Shown piece by piece: positions 47,495-57,359 of a DNA stretch of 58,004 nt. A program made the translations under genes and the position numbers. The first letter of the stretch is position 1. Every line of letters starts with the position of its first letter. The DNA is from Nanobdellota archaeon (GTDB lineage: Archaea > Nanobdellota > Nanobdellia > SCGC-AAA011-G17 > JAGVZF01). Location: positions 1 to 58,004 of the forward strand of contig JBBSWI010000003.1 of the NCBI GenBank assembly GCA_038046405.1, read 5' to 3'. A model generated the notes under the pieces. That model saw only the letters and a program-made list of their open reading frames with translations, searched no databases and was not told the DNA's origin.

Positions 47495-47556
47495 CAAACG
47501 ATAGATTTATATACTTTATTATATGTTTATTTTACATAATAATTGGAAACATAGCA

Positions 47557-48039
47557 ATGAAAAAGATTTTCAGTTTTTTAATCATAGCGTCGATATTTGC
47601 ATTCGGAATAGTCGCAAGTATAGTCTATAGTGACATTATAAAAAGCGGAAAGGAATTGCCTCTTGGAAGCATAAAGAAAGACGGCCCTCAAGACTATATA
47701 AAAGAAAATCAAATACTGATCTCTGATGAAGGTGTTATGATAAACATAAAAAATGCTGAGTGGAGCAGATACGCTGACACACATTCTATGGAGCCTGTAA
47801 TAAATGCAAATGCAAACGGCATCGAGATAGTTCCGAAATGCGAGAATTTAAGGAAGGGTGATATAGTTGTTTATGAAAGCAAACAGGCAAACGGACTAAT
47901 TGTTCATAGAATAGTTGACCTAGCACAAGACGAAGAAGGAGCTTATTTCATCTTAAAGGGTGACAATAATCCTATGGCTGACCCTGAAAAGGTAAGATGT
48001 TCGCAAATCAAATACCAAGTCATAGGAATTATATACTAA
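47557..48039 (+). CDS. Signal peptidase I-like (S26, archaeal Ser/His type)
   Basis: N-terminal TM, DTHSMEP, GDIVVY, IVHR, LKGDNN...D. Confidence 0.85.
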   Translation: MKKIFSFLIIASIFAFGIVASIVYSDIIKSGKELPLGSIKKDGPQDYIKENQILISDEGVMINIKNAEWSRYADTHSMEPVINANANGIEIVPKCENLRKGDIVVYESKQANGLIVHRIVDLAQDEEGAYFILKGDNNPMADPEKVRCSQIKYQVIGIIY

Positions 48040-48154
48040 GAAAAATAGTTCTTTAGCGCAAAATCTTTATAAACAAGCTACTTATTGACTCTTTCGCAAT
48101 GCATATTAAAATAGTGATGGAATTATGCAGAACCATTTCTATAGGTGAGTATTT

Positions 48155-50950
48155 ATGGACATAAAAGAAGGATTGACATTTGACGATGTTTTATTAGTCC
48201 CGAAGAAAACTCCTGTAATGTCGAGAAAAGAAGTAAGCGTTCAAAGCATCTTAACAAAAAGAATCCAGTTGAATGTACCTTTAGTATCTGCAAATATGGA
48301 CACTGTGACTGAGAGTGCTATGGCTATAGCGATGGCTAGACAAGGAGGTATAGGAATAATACATAGATTCCTGCCAATCGAAAAACAAGTTGAAGAAGTC
48401 CAGAGAGTAAAAAGATCAGAATCATTCATAATAGAAAAGCCTGTAACTATAGATCAGAATAAGACATTGAAGGAAGCTAAAATCTTAATGACTGTTAATG
48501 ATATTGGGGGGATCTTAGTAATTGATGACAATAATGATTTAAGTGGAATATTGACTAATAGAGACATATTATTTCAGGATAATCCAAGAACAAAGATATC
48601 TGAATTGATGACTCCCAGAAATGAGATGATAACTGCTCCTTATGGAATAAGTATAGACGAAGCAAAGAAGATTCTTTATGATCATAGAATAGAAAAACTA
48701 CCTTTATTAGACAAAGATGGAAAGATTCATGGATTAATAACTACTAAAGACATTAGTAAGAAAGAGAAATATCCAAATGCATCAAAAGATCTCAAAGGAC
48801 GATTATTAGTTGGTGGGGCAGTTGGTGTGAAAGAGGATTATATTGAAAGAGCAACTGAGATTTATAGAGCTGGTTGTGATGTCTTAGTTATTGACATAGC
48901 TCATGGTCATAGTGATATTGCAATAAAATCAATAAAAGAGATTCGCAAAAATCTTGGGTCTGTTGATCTAATCGCTGGAAATGTAGCTACAGCAGAAGGA
49001 TGTAAAGAATTAATTAAAGCTGGTGTAGACTGTGTTAAAATTGGAGTTGGCCCGGGAGCCGTTTGTCTGGAAGGAGACACACCAATATTAATGAATGACT
49101 ATACTGTTAAAAATATAAGGGATATAAAACCTGGTGAAAAAGTAATAACCCACAAAGGGAGATCAAAAAGAGTAACTAAAACATATAAAAGACATTATAA
49201 AGGCGAAATTCTAAAATTAAATGTAGGTGGAAGTCCTGGAACAATAAAAATGACTCCAGAACACCCCATTCTAAGCATTAATTTTAAAATTGATCCTAAA
49301 AAAATGAAAAAGAATGGATCAAAATATTATTTTTATAAAAAGAAATATACAAAAAATCTTAATTGGATTGAGGCTGGATCGTTAAAATCTGGAGATGTAG
49401 TTGTAATACCTAAAAATAAACCTGTTTTGAATAAAATTTCTTTTGATTTAGCTAAATTGATGCCAGAATATAATCACGACGATAAATATATCTGGTCTAA
49501 TAAAATTGGATTCAATCCAAACATAGAATCTCATGGGAATATTGCAAAAAGATTTAACACAACTCATAGAATTATTGAAAATATAGTGCATGGCAATAAA
49601 TCTCTGAATATGGAATTAAACGGGCAAGTTAATCAATATTTAGATATTTCTAATTATACCCGAGAAATTCAATCACTTAAAATTAATAGAAATATAGGGC
49701 TAAATAAAGATTTTATGAGAATAATTGGATATTATTTAGCAGAAGGATTTATCGGTGGTTATGAGAAGAATAAACATTTATGTTTTGCATTCTCAAGCAA
49801 AGAATTGGAATATCATGAAGACATAAAAAGATTAATTAATAATATATTTGAATATAAAAACTCAAAAATTCTTTTTAAAAAAGATAGGAATTCAGCTACT
49901 GTTCAAATTTCTAATAATATAATAGCAAGATTTTTCAAATCTTTAATACCTGGAGTTGCTCATACCAAAAAAATACCCTTGTTTATAATTAACCAAGATA
50001 ATGAACTATTAAGAGAGTTGCTAATAGGAGCTATTAGGGGTGATGGTTCAATAAAGGAACCTAGACGAGTTAGTTATTTTACAACTTCCAGAAATCTAGC
50101 TTTCCAAATAGCTGAAATATTTGTTAGATTTGGTTATATGCCAAGCATAAACGTTGGGAAGAGTCATAATCCTAATTGGAATGATAAATGGAGAGTATCA
50201 ATATCTGGTGCCCAATATGAAAAATTTGCATTAGAATTCCCAGAATTTAATATTCCAAGAAATGAAATCAAAGGAAAACAACAATTATGGGAAGATAATG
50301 ATTATATCTATCTAAGTATTGACAATATAAAAAGTGTAGATGATGAATTAGATGTGTATAATATAGAAGTAGAAGAAGATAATTCCTATATTGCAAATAG
50401 AATCGCTGTACATAATTGTTCAACAAGAATTGTAACTGGTGTGGGAGTTCCTCAATTAACTGCAATAATGAATTGCGCAAAAATTGCAAATAAGGAGAAT
50501 ATTCCAATAATGGCTGATGGAGGCATAAAAAATTCTGGAGATATATCTAAAGCAATAGCCGCTGGAGCTTCTACAGTTATGCTTGGAAGTTTATTGGCTG
50601 GAACAGAAGAAAGCCCTGGAGCAATAATAATGAGGCATGGAAGACGTTTTAAGATATATAGGGGAATGGCATCTTTTGGTGCAAATCTCGGAAGGAAACA
50701 AAGAATAAACAACAATAATGATATTGATACTGATTTATTAGACATGACTCCTGAAGGCATAGAAAGCTTAGTTGAATATAAAGGATATGCCTCTGAGGTA
50801 ATAACTCAGTTAGTTAATGGATTAAAGTCTGGAGTTTCATATTGTGGATCAAAAGATATCAAGGGGATGCAAAAAAATGCAGAGTTCATCAAGATGTCAA
50901 TAGCTGGATTAAAAGAAAGTCATCCTCATGATGTAGAAGTTTTAAAGTGA
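48155..50950 (+). CDS. guaB: IMP dehydrogenase/GMP reductase family enzyme with a CBS pair, intein-containing (about 480 aa after splicing)
   Basis: [37 protein letters not shown]|C STR, ADGGI, YRGMAS, PEG, ESHPH. Confidence 0.9.
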   Translation: MDIKEGLTFDDVLLVPKKTPVMSRKEVSVQSILTKRIQLNVPLVSANMDTVTESAMAIAMARQGGIGIIHRFLPIEKQVEEVQRVKRSESFIIEKPVTIDQNKTLKEAKILMTVNDIGGILVIDDNNDLSGILTNRDILFQDNPRTKISELMTPRNEMITAPYGISIDEAKKILYDHRIEKLPLLDKDGKIHGLITTKDISKKEKYPNASKDLKGRLLVGGAVGVKEDYIERATEIYRAGCDVLVIDIAHGHSDIAIKSIKEIRKNLGSVDLIAGNVATAEGCKELIKAGVDCVKIGVGPGAVCLEGDTPILMNDYTVKNIRDIKPGEKVITHKGRSKRVTKTYKRHYKGEILKLNVGGSPGTIKMTPEHPILSINFKIDPKKMKKNGSKYYFYKKKYTKNLNWIEAGSLKSGDVVVIPKNKPVLNKISFDLAKLMPEYNHDDKYIWSNKIGFNPNIESHGNIAKRFNTTHRIIENIVHGNKSLNMELNGQVNQYLDISNYTREIQSLKINRNIGLNKDFMRIIGYYLAEGFIGGYEKNKHLCFAFSSKELEYHEDIKRLINNIFEYKNSKILFKKDRNSATVQISNNIIARFFKSLIPGVAHTKKIPLFIINQDNELLRELLIGAIRGDGSIKEPRRVSYFTTSRNLAFQIAEIFVRFGYMPSINVGKSHNPNWNDKWRVSISGAQYEKFALEFPEFNIPRNEIKGKQQLWEDNDYIYLSIDNIKSVDDELDVYNIEVEEDNSYIANRIAVHNCSTRIVTGVGVPQLTAIMNCAKIANKENIPIMADGGIKNSGDISKAIAAGASTVMLGSLLAGTEESPGAIIMRHGRRFKIYRGMASFGANLGRKQRINNNNDIDTDLLDMTPEGIESLVEYKGYASEVITQLVNGLKSGVSYCGSKDIKGMQKNAEFIKMSIAGLKESHPHDVEVLK
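49064..50416 (+). mobile_element. Intein (451 aa) with LAGLIDADG homing endonuclease
   Basis: Starts [10 protein letters not shown]; block B MTPEHP; endonuclease helices IIGYYLAEG and LIGAIRGDG; ends [21 protein letters not shown], followed by Cys. Confidence 0.96.
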
Positions 50951-51913
50951 ATCTTTTTTCTTTTTCATTAAGATATACAACACAAGCAGCACTATTATTA
51001 TCAAAGTAACCAATCCAACAGTGTTGAATAAAACCAAATTCTGGGTGAGTATTCTCTGCACACTATAGAAATACTGTGTTGTTCTAAGGAAATCAAAAGC
51101 GTTTATTATATAAGTTCCTCTATAGACAATCATCAATCCACCGGCAGCCAATATCAACAAGCCTGCAATCAAGTTGGTTGAGTGAATCTTTAATTTTCCT
51201 ACGCTGAATTCTTTTCCCCTCAAAAATCTCGATTCTGCCAAATTATATTTGTCCCAGAAAAAAGATAATAAGAACAGCGGCACAAAAACACCTATGGAAT
51301 AAGCAAACATCAGCAATGCTGCATTAAAATAGTTCCCGAGAACAGATGCTATTGTAAGTATGCCTGCAAGTATAGGGCCTGCACATACATTCCAGCCCAA
51401 GCCAAAAAATATTCCATAGGTATAGACCCCAAAAACATCATGCTTGAATTTCCTGTTTAGTCTTATAAAGCTGAAACCCTTTCCAAGTATTGTAAGAATC
51501 CCGAACGATATCAAGAAAAATCCTGCTATCAAAGCAAGATTAGGGTTCTCATACTGGAATTGCGTTAGGGTGTTGCCTAGTTTGGCCGCAATCAGCCCAA
51601 GTATTACAAAAATTGTTGTGAAGCCCAGGAAAAATATCAGTGTCATCTTTGTAATTTCTCTCTTTTCTTTGAATGTGTAGGAAAAAAAGGCAGGTACAGA
51701 AACATAGCTGCATGGACTTAAAATTGCTAGAACTCCTGCTAAGAAAGCAATCAAGAAACTTAAGCTTCCTAGGAACTGCTTTGCACTCTCTTTTTCATAT
51801 TGCTGGCCGGCTATTATGGCGGGAGGCAAATCTAATTGAGAAAGAACTATTGAGGAAAGGAAAATAAAAACAATTAAAAAAATAAAGAGTTTCTTCATAT
51901 CATTATGAAACAA
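50942..51913 (-). CDS. ccdA: CcdA/DsbD-family transmembrane thiol-disulfide transporter
   Basis: FLAGVLAILSPC...P and GLGWNVCAGPILAGIL; multiple TM helices. Alternative start at 51898. Confidence 0.9.
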   Translation of the reverse strand: MFHNDMKKLFIFLIVFIFLSSIVLSQLDLPPAIIAGQQYEKESAKQFLGSLSFLIAFLAGVLAILSPCSYVSVPAFFSYTFKEKREITKMTLIFFLGFTTIFVILGLIAAKLGNTLTQFQYENPNLALIAGFFLISFGILTILGKGFSFIRLNRKFKHDVFGVYTYGIFFGLGWNVCAGPILAGILTIASVLGNYFNAALLMFAYSIGVFVPLFLLSFFWDKYNLAESRFLRGKEFSVGKLKIHSTNLIAGLLILAAGGLMIVYRGTYIINAFDFLRTTQYFYSVQRILTQNLVLFNTVGLVTLIIIVLLVLYILMKKKKDSL

Positions 51914-52307
51914 TCACTTTTCCTTTCACGTCTTTATGGCCCGGGCCGCATGGCACTGTGCATATGAAATTGAAAGTTCCCTTCTGATCCGCCACAAACT
52001 GAACTTCTATCGTCTCTCCAGCAGCTATTTCTTTATTTATGTTATATCCAGAAAGGCCAAATCCATGGATCTTTGTGTCTACATTCTTAATCCTTAATAT
52101 TACAATTGTGCCTTCATTCACATTTATAATGCTGGGAGTGTATTTAAAGCTGGTTACTTCTATATTGAATATTTTTGTATCCCCGGTAGGCACTGGCGGC
52201 GGACCATCGTCTTGGTTGTTTTTATTTCTGCTGTCAGTATTAGAATTTGCGCAAGATGCAATTAACACAAGCGCAATTGCTAAAATTGCAACTACGCTTT
52301 TTTTCAT
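51903..52307 (-). CDS. Cupredoxin-domain lipoprotein (COX2/CuA-like motif)
   Basis: Lipobox LIASC; FKYTPSII; IHGF; FICTVPCGPGHKDVKG. Start at 52307 (MKKSV) preferred. Confidence 0.85.
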   Translation of the reverse strand: MKKSVVAILAIALVLIASCANSNTDSRNKNNQDDGPPPVPTGDTKIFNIEVTSFKYTPSIINVNEGTIVILRIKNVDTKIHGFGLSGYNINKEIAAGETIEVQFVADQKGTFNFICTVPCGPGHKDVKGKVIVS

Positions 52308-52308
52308 T

Positions 52309-53520
52309 TTAAGAACCCCCACCGGTGTCTTGTACTGGCTTAGGCTCAATAACAGAGTTTGTTGTCAAGTCTTTGTATGGAACATTAAGCACTTCAAAAG
52401 TCCTGAATATAAACACATTATCACTTTCTATAGTACCTACCTGGTTCCATAGCTCAATGAACGATTCGTAATCCTTAGCTTCTTTGCTTAATACAATTGT
52501 TGGCACTTTATTTATTTTATATTTCGAAACAAGATTATTGCCTTCTGTTGAGCCGATATCAATACTCTTTTCTGAATTTAAAAACAATCCGAATCTTGCC
52601 AAGATTAATTTATGGAGTGTTACATTATAGCATTGCGTGCATAAATTATCTGTCAAATAAATTAAATCAACAAGTCCTTTTATACTGTTTGTATCTAAAT
52701 CTTTATATGGTGGAGGAACAGCCCTTAAGATGTATGAGCCGTCGTATTCTATCGAGCCTATCTTGCTCCAGCTCGCAAGTATTTGATTTCCTAAATAGGC
52801 ATTTAAATCGCTTGAAAATATAACAGTAGGAATTTTTGTGATGTTGTACTTTGTTATATACTCTTGTGCCTGTGCAATGTCAAGAGTTTTTTCATCTGTG
52901 ATTATCACACCAGCCCTTATTAATTGCGTCGGCAACGAGCTCAAATCAGTACAGTTTTTGCAGCTTGAATCCTTGATGTTTATCAGCGTTACCTTTCCAA
53001 TTTCCTTGTTTAATGCAAGGTCATAGTAAATGGGGGTTAATTGCTCAAATAATAATACATTGTCTTTTAAGGCAAGACCCATGTTGCCCGTTTTATTTAT
53101 CTCGCCAGTTATAATTATAGTTGGCAGTTTTTTTATGTTATTCTGCATAATCAGATTTTTTGCTTCTTGATCGGAAAACTCCAGAGTTCTTTCGCTTGTA
53201 ACATTTACGTTATTTTCCTTAACTGCGGAAACAACTTTGTTTATGTCATAGCATTCCTTGCAGTTAGAGTTTTTGATTATAACCATGCTTATTAAAGCAG
53301 GTTTGTTTCTTTCAATTTCTTCTGCAAGCACTTTCTTATAAGATTGGTGCAGGGAAAAAATAAGGATTAAATTTATTATTAAGATTGCAGCAAGGCTTAT
53401 CCCCAAAATCAATGTGTAGTTTATCTTTTTTTTCGGATTATTTTGTTGGGAATGAGAATGTGTTTCAGAAACATGATTCTCTGTTGGGTGTGTAGGCTCA
53501 TTATGTTCTTTGGTGTCCAT
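52309..53520 (-). CDS. Membrane-anchored protein with three thioredoxin-like CxxC repeats
   Basis: His-rich N-terminus and TM helix, then three repeats with CKEC, CKNC and CTQC, each followed by an I-x-K-[LIV]-P-T cis-Pro motif. Start at 53520 preferred. Confidence 0.8.
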   Translation of the reverse strand: MDTKEHNEPTHPTENHVSETHSHSQQNNPKKKINYTLILGISLAAILIINLILIFSLHQSYKKVLAEEIERNKPALISMVIIKNSNCKECYDINKVVSAVKENNVNVTSERTLEFSDQEAKNLIMQNNIKKLPTIIITGEINKTGNMGLALKDNVLLFEQLTPIYYDLALNKEIGKVTLINIKDSSCKNCTDLSSLPTQLIRAGVIITDEKTLDIAQAQEYITKYNITKIPTVIFSSDLNAYLGNQILASWSKIGSIEYDGSYILRAVPPPYKDLDTNSIKGLVDLIYLTDNLCTQCYNVTLHKLILARFGLFLNSEKSIDIGSTEGNNLVSKYKINKVPTIVLSKEAKDYESFIELWNQVGTIESDNVFIFRTFEVLNVPYKDLTTNSVIEPKPVQDTGGGS

Positions 53521-53591
53521 GAAATCAACTCTTTTGTGTTTTAAAAGTCTCCCTGAAAAAATGAAATTTAGGTGTTTATAAATCTTATTGA

Positions 53592-53813
53592 TTAACACCC
53601 GCCAACCATTTCAGGCAGCTCATTAGTCGAGCTTGGAAAAGCTGATTCGCCTGTTGAAACACTAGTGCTTCTTGAAGCTGAACCGATACTTACTTTTCCG
53701 GCACTCATGTCTGTCTTTAATTTTATCAGCTCATAGGCTTGCACAGCAGATATCACTACTAAAACACTTAAAACAACTATTATTACGATGTTCTTGTTCA
53801 TTTTGTTTAACAA
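53592..53813 (-). CDS. Small membrane-anchored protein ending in PEMVGGC
   Basis: TM helix, S/T-rich linker, C-terminus LPEMVGGC-TAA. Confidence 0.8.
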   Translation of the reverse strand: MLNKMNKNIVIIVVLSVLVVISAVQAYELIKLKTDMSAGKVSIGSASRSTSVSTGESAFPSSTNELPEMVGGC

Positions 53814-54502
53814 CCTCCAACCATTTCTGGTATGTCTTCTAATTGTCCTACAGAACCTTTCTGTCCAGATTTTAGTTTCTGCATTAAGGCGCGATCATTT
53901 AAAACACTGGGGCTTAATTCAAGCCCATTCTGATTTGCCAACAATGCTTTCTCTACCATGTTTCTCGGATAGTATATAGATTTCCATTTTGTCAATTCCA
54001 AAAGTATCTGATCATTAGACATTTCTGGATAATTTTGAATAATATATTTAGCAAGTCCGCGGAATGACAATGCGTGGCTGCAGCCACATAAATCTCGACC
54101 TTGGCTGTCTATAACAGATGGTGCGCTGCAGCAGAATTCGCAGCTTATTTTTGTCCCTATTTCAATATATCTCTGCTTTTGTTCTTGGGTCAATGATTTT
54201 GTTGGAATCTTGGTGTCTAAAGCGGCCAGTTTAGAAAGGCTTTTTACTGGATCATCGTAGCTTACGCCTAATTCAGAACCGTAAACTTCCGGATCCCCTT
54301 TCGGAATTAATTTGTTTATTACCTCATTCACATCGGCATTAGAGCTTAGTTTTATCGATGTGCTGCTTGAACCAAAAGAAAATTTGTTTCCTGACAAAGA
54401 AAGTATTTGAAACTGGTTAAATAACACTAGAATTGTGGTGAGCGCCAATAAAATATAAGGAATGTATTCAAGTGTTTTGCTCTTTTTGTTGTGATGTTCC
54501 AT
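53807..54502 (-). CDS. Membrane-anchored Cys-rich protein ending in PEMVGGC
   Basis: TM helix; ISCEFCC...LCGCSH; C-terminus IPEMVGGC-TAA. Confidence 0.8.
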   Translation of the reverse strand: MEHHNKKSKTLEYIPYILLALTTILVLFNQFQILSLSGNKFSFGSSSTSIKLSSNADVNEVINKLIPKGDPEVYGSELGVSYDDPVKSLSKLAALDTKIPTKSLTQEQKQRYIEIGTKISCEFCCSAPSVIDSQGRDLCGCSHALSFRGLAKYIIQNYPEMSNDQILLELTKWKSIYYPRNMVEKALLANQNGLELSPSVLNDRALMQKLKSGQKGSVGQLEDIPEMVGGC

Positions 54503-54663
54503 TTGCTAATTATTAGTTTTACAAGTTTTGTAAATCTTGCAAATCAAACTAATATTTAAACCTTTCTTTTTATTTTTTAAATTCAAAAAAAATCTCAATT
54601 ATTACTATAAAGTAATCCGATAGTATTAAAAATGTAATAATGATAAAAATCCCCTGTGAGAAA

Positions 54664-54903
54664 ATGGCAAAATCAGTGAAGATTTACACGACCAAGACAT
54701 GTCCTTATTGCAACATAGCAAAGGAATTTTTAAAAGCAAATAATGTGAAATACCAAGAGATTGATGTCAGCAGTGATAGAAAGGCGGCAGAAGATATGAT
54801 AAAGAAGTCAGGCCAAATGGGCGTTCCGGTTATTGATGTTGATAGCACAATAATAGTGGGTTATAACAAAGAAGCGCTGAAGAAAGCCTTGGGCATTAAA
54901 TAA
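54664..54903 (+). CDS. Glutaredoxin/NrdH-redoxin
   Basis: IYTTKTCPYC, SGQMGVPVI, IVGYN. Start at 54664 preferred. Confidence 0.93.
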   Translation: MAKSVKIYTTKTCPYCNIAKEFLKANNVKYQEIDVSSDRKAAEDMIKKSGQMGVPVIDVDSTIIVGYNKEALKKALGIK

Positions 54904-54922
54904 AAATTGAATTGTTTTTGGA

Positions 54923-55138
54923 ATGAAAAAACATCATGTTTATGTATGCGGAAGATGCGGCTATAGATCTCATTCTAAAATAGTCTGCCCTACATGCAAT
55001 ATACATCTTGAAGAGCAATGCAAGAAATGCCTAAATGCTGAGGGAAACTGCATCTGTAGGATTCATGGACCATTTAAGCACGGAAAACAATTACGCAAAG
55101 GCAAAAGACAAAAAAAGTCCAAGAAAAGGGTGAGATAA
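54923..55138 (+). CDS. Small Cys-rich zinc-binding protein with a basic tail
   Basis: CGRC, CPTC, CKKC, CIC; translationally coupled to trxB. Confidence 0.65.
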   Translation: MKKHHVYVCGRCGYRSHSKIVCPTCNIHLEEQCKKCLNAEGNCICRIHGPFKHGKQLRKGKRQKKSKKRVR

Positions 55139-56052
55139 TGTATGATATAATTATTATAGGAGGTGGCCCTAGCGCATTAGCTGCTTCCATTTACGCTGCA
55201 AGGCAGAAAGTAAATTTTATTTTAATTACGGAAAACATAGGCGGCCAGGTTCTTTTAAGCTCCGACATAGAGAATTATCTTGGATTTAAGTCGATAAGCG
55301 GCATCGAATTAGTCCCAAAGTTTATTGAGCAGCTTGAGCATAATAAAGTGCAGATAAAGGAAGAAAAAGTCAGTTTCATAGAAAAGAAATCCAAAAACTT
55401 TGCTATAACAACCAACAAAAAAAATAACTACAAAACAAAAACTATCCTAATGGCATCGGGGAAAGGGCCGAGAAGATTAAATATCCCTGGCGAGGACGAA
55501 TTTATAGGCAAAGGTGTTTCTTATTGCGCATTGTGCGATGCAGCATTATTTCGTGAAAAAATTGTCGCTGTTGTTGGCGGAGGAAATGCCGCAATGGACG
55601 CAGCATTACTACTTGAGAAATACGCAAACAAAATTTTTATTATCACAATCAATACAGATTTGATGGGTGAACCATTTATGATGGCTAAAATAAAAAAAAG
55701 CAAGAAAATAGAAGTAATAACAAATGCCAAAACCAACATGATTGCTGGAGAGAAGTTTGTCAATGGAATCTCCATTGAGATAAACGAAGCCAAAAAAACT
55801 CTGCCTGTTGAGGGGGTCTTTATTGAGATTGGATCAATCCCTAGCGTAGATTTTGACAATCTGACAAAAAAGAACCAGTATAATGAAATTATTCTTTACA
55901 ATAATGAAACAATGTCAAACATGACTTCAGTTAGAGGTATTTTTGCTGCCGGCGATGTAACAAATGTACAAGAAAAACAACTGATAGTTGCTGCCGGCGA
56001 AGGCGTTAAAGCTGTTCTTAGTATTTTTAAATATCTCCAATCATTGAAGTAA
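55138..56052 (+). CDS. trxB: Thioredoxin reductase (TrxB/AhpF-like)
   Basis: IIGGGPS, GVSYCALCD, VVGGGNAA, IFAAGDVT. Confidence 0.95.
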   Translation: MYDIIIIGGGPSALAASIYAARQKVNFILITENIGGQVLLSSDIENYLGFKSISGIELVPKFIEQLEHNKVQIKEEKVSFIEKKSKNFAITTNKKNNYKTKTILMASGKGPRRLNIPGEDEFIGKGVSYCALCDAALFREKIVAVVGGGNAAMDAALLLEKYANKIFIITINTDLMGEPFMMAKIKKSKKIEVITNAKTNMIAGEKFVNGISIEINEAKKTLPVEGVFIEIGSIPSVDFDNLTKKNQYNEIILYNNETMSNMTSVRGIFAAGDVTNVQEKQLIVAAGEGVKAVLSIFKYLQSLK

Positions 56053-56070
56053 GCAACTTTTTTTGATTAA

Positions 56071-57261
56071 TTACTTAGATGTCACTATTTCGATAACATC
56101 AAGATTTTTTAGAACATGTTCCTTTCCGATTATTTTTTTATTCTTCACATCAACAGCTTTAATGAATTTTTTTCCTAAATCAGTATGAATCTTATATGCA
56201 AAATCCAATGCAGTTGAATTTTCAGATATTAAGAAACAGTCTGGCAATATATTCCCATATTGGTCAGTAAGCTTGTTCATGCCTCCAGGAAAAATAGCGA
56301 TTTGCTTGCCTAATCTGAATACAGAGATGTCAAGCACATCTTGAACTCCAGTGCTTTTATACCTGTCAAGGACATTTTCCTTGATGAAATTTAATGCATT
56401 TAACTGCTTGTCATTAAGACTGCCTTTAATTTCTAAATTATCGCTGCCTGGAACATAGCTTATCAGATTATTTTTAGCTGCCTCTCTTAAGGCGAGTTCT
56501 GAATCTCCAGAGCAGGGAATAATTATTAAATGGGAAAATTGTTTTTTTACTCTTTCGTAATTTTCAAAGGCTCCTTTAATGTCTATCTTATTCGCTGCGA
56601 TAATCATGGGTTTGCTCAAAATTCTTAGTTCTCTAGAAAGCTGTTTTAATTGTTCCTCATTCCATGTTTCCGGGTTTGCATGAAGGTTTAGTTTTTTTAT
56701 TACAGTTTCAACCATTTGTTCAGTAACCTTCAACCCTGAAAGCTGCTTGAACAATGCTTTTGATATTTCCTGTTTTTCTTGCTGCACTTGCCTTGCAAAT
56801 TTTTCCCAGCCCTTTCTTAATATGCCGAAATACCACATGTCTAGCTCAATTTCAAGAATTTCAATGTACCTTGCTGGATATATGGAGTTCATTTGTACTT
56901 GTTCCCCGTTTTCATTTATAGAACCTGAAATATCTACAATGTGTATCAGCACATCTGCTTGCGCCAGGTCATTAAGAAATTGATTCCCTCGGCCCCTCCC
57001 CATATAAGCTCCTGGAACCAAACCAGCAACGTCAATTAATTGTACTGGCACAAATCTTGTTCCTTCAATGCAATACCCAAATCTCGGATTGCATTTGACA
57101 TTAAAAAATTTCTCGGCGCATTCAACTCTTACAAAAGCTATCCCTTCATTTTTTTCTATTGTGGTGAATGGATAGTTGGCAATAGCTACGTCTGCAAGTG
57201 TAGCTGCTTTAAAAAAAGTTGATTTTCCAGATGAGGGCAATCCTACCAAGCCGATTATCAT
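56071..57261 (-). CDS. ychF: Obg-family ATPase/GTPase YchF with TGS domain
   Basis: GLPSSGKST, ANYPFTTI, DVAGLV, ANKID, AYKIHTDL. Confidence 0.94.
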   Translation of the reverse strand: MIIGLVGLPSSGKSTFFKAATLADVAIANYPFTTIEKNEGIAFVRVECAEKFFNVKCNPRFGYCIEGTRFVPVQLIDVAGLVPGAYMGRGRGNQFLNDLAQADVLIHIVDISGSINENGEQVQMNSIYPARYIEILEIELDMWYFGILRKGWEKFARQVQQEKQEISKALFKQLSGLKVTEQMVETVIKKLNLHANPETWNEEQLKQLSRELRILSKPMIIAANKIDIKGAFENYERVKKQFSHLIIIPCSGDSELALREAAKNNLISYVPGSDNLEIKGSLNDKQLNALNFIKENVLDRYKSTGVQDVLDISVFRLGKQIAIFPGGMNKLTDQYGNILPDCFLISENSTALDFAYKIHTDLGKKFIKAVDVKNKKIIGKEHVLKNLDVIEIVTSK

Positions 57262-57359
57262 AATATTACCTTTTTGTGTTTATAACAAATGTCTGCAAAA
57301 GATATCTTTATAAATACTCAGTATATACTACGAAATATATATTTGATAGGGCATATAAA

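Noticed and set aside
53592-53812. Selenocysteine extension of the GGC C-termini
   Set aside because: Both genes stop with TAA, not TGA.
54095-54145. Heme c attachment site in the Cys-rich GGC protein
   Set aside because: The motifs are CEFCC and CGCSH, not CxxCH.
54602-54615. TTACTATAAAGTAA palindrome as another copy of the operator
   Set aside because: Spacing does not match GTWAC-N12-GTWAC; it may be a different site, but a single AT-rich instance is not enough support.
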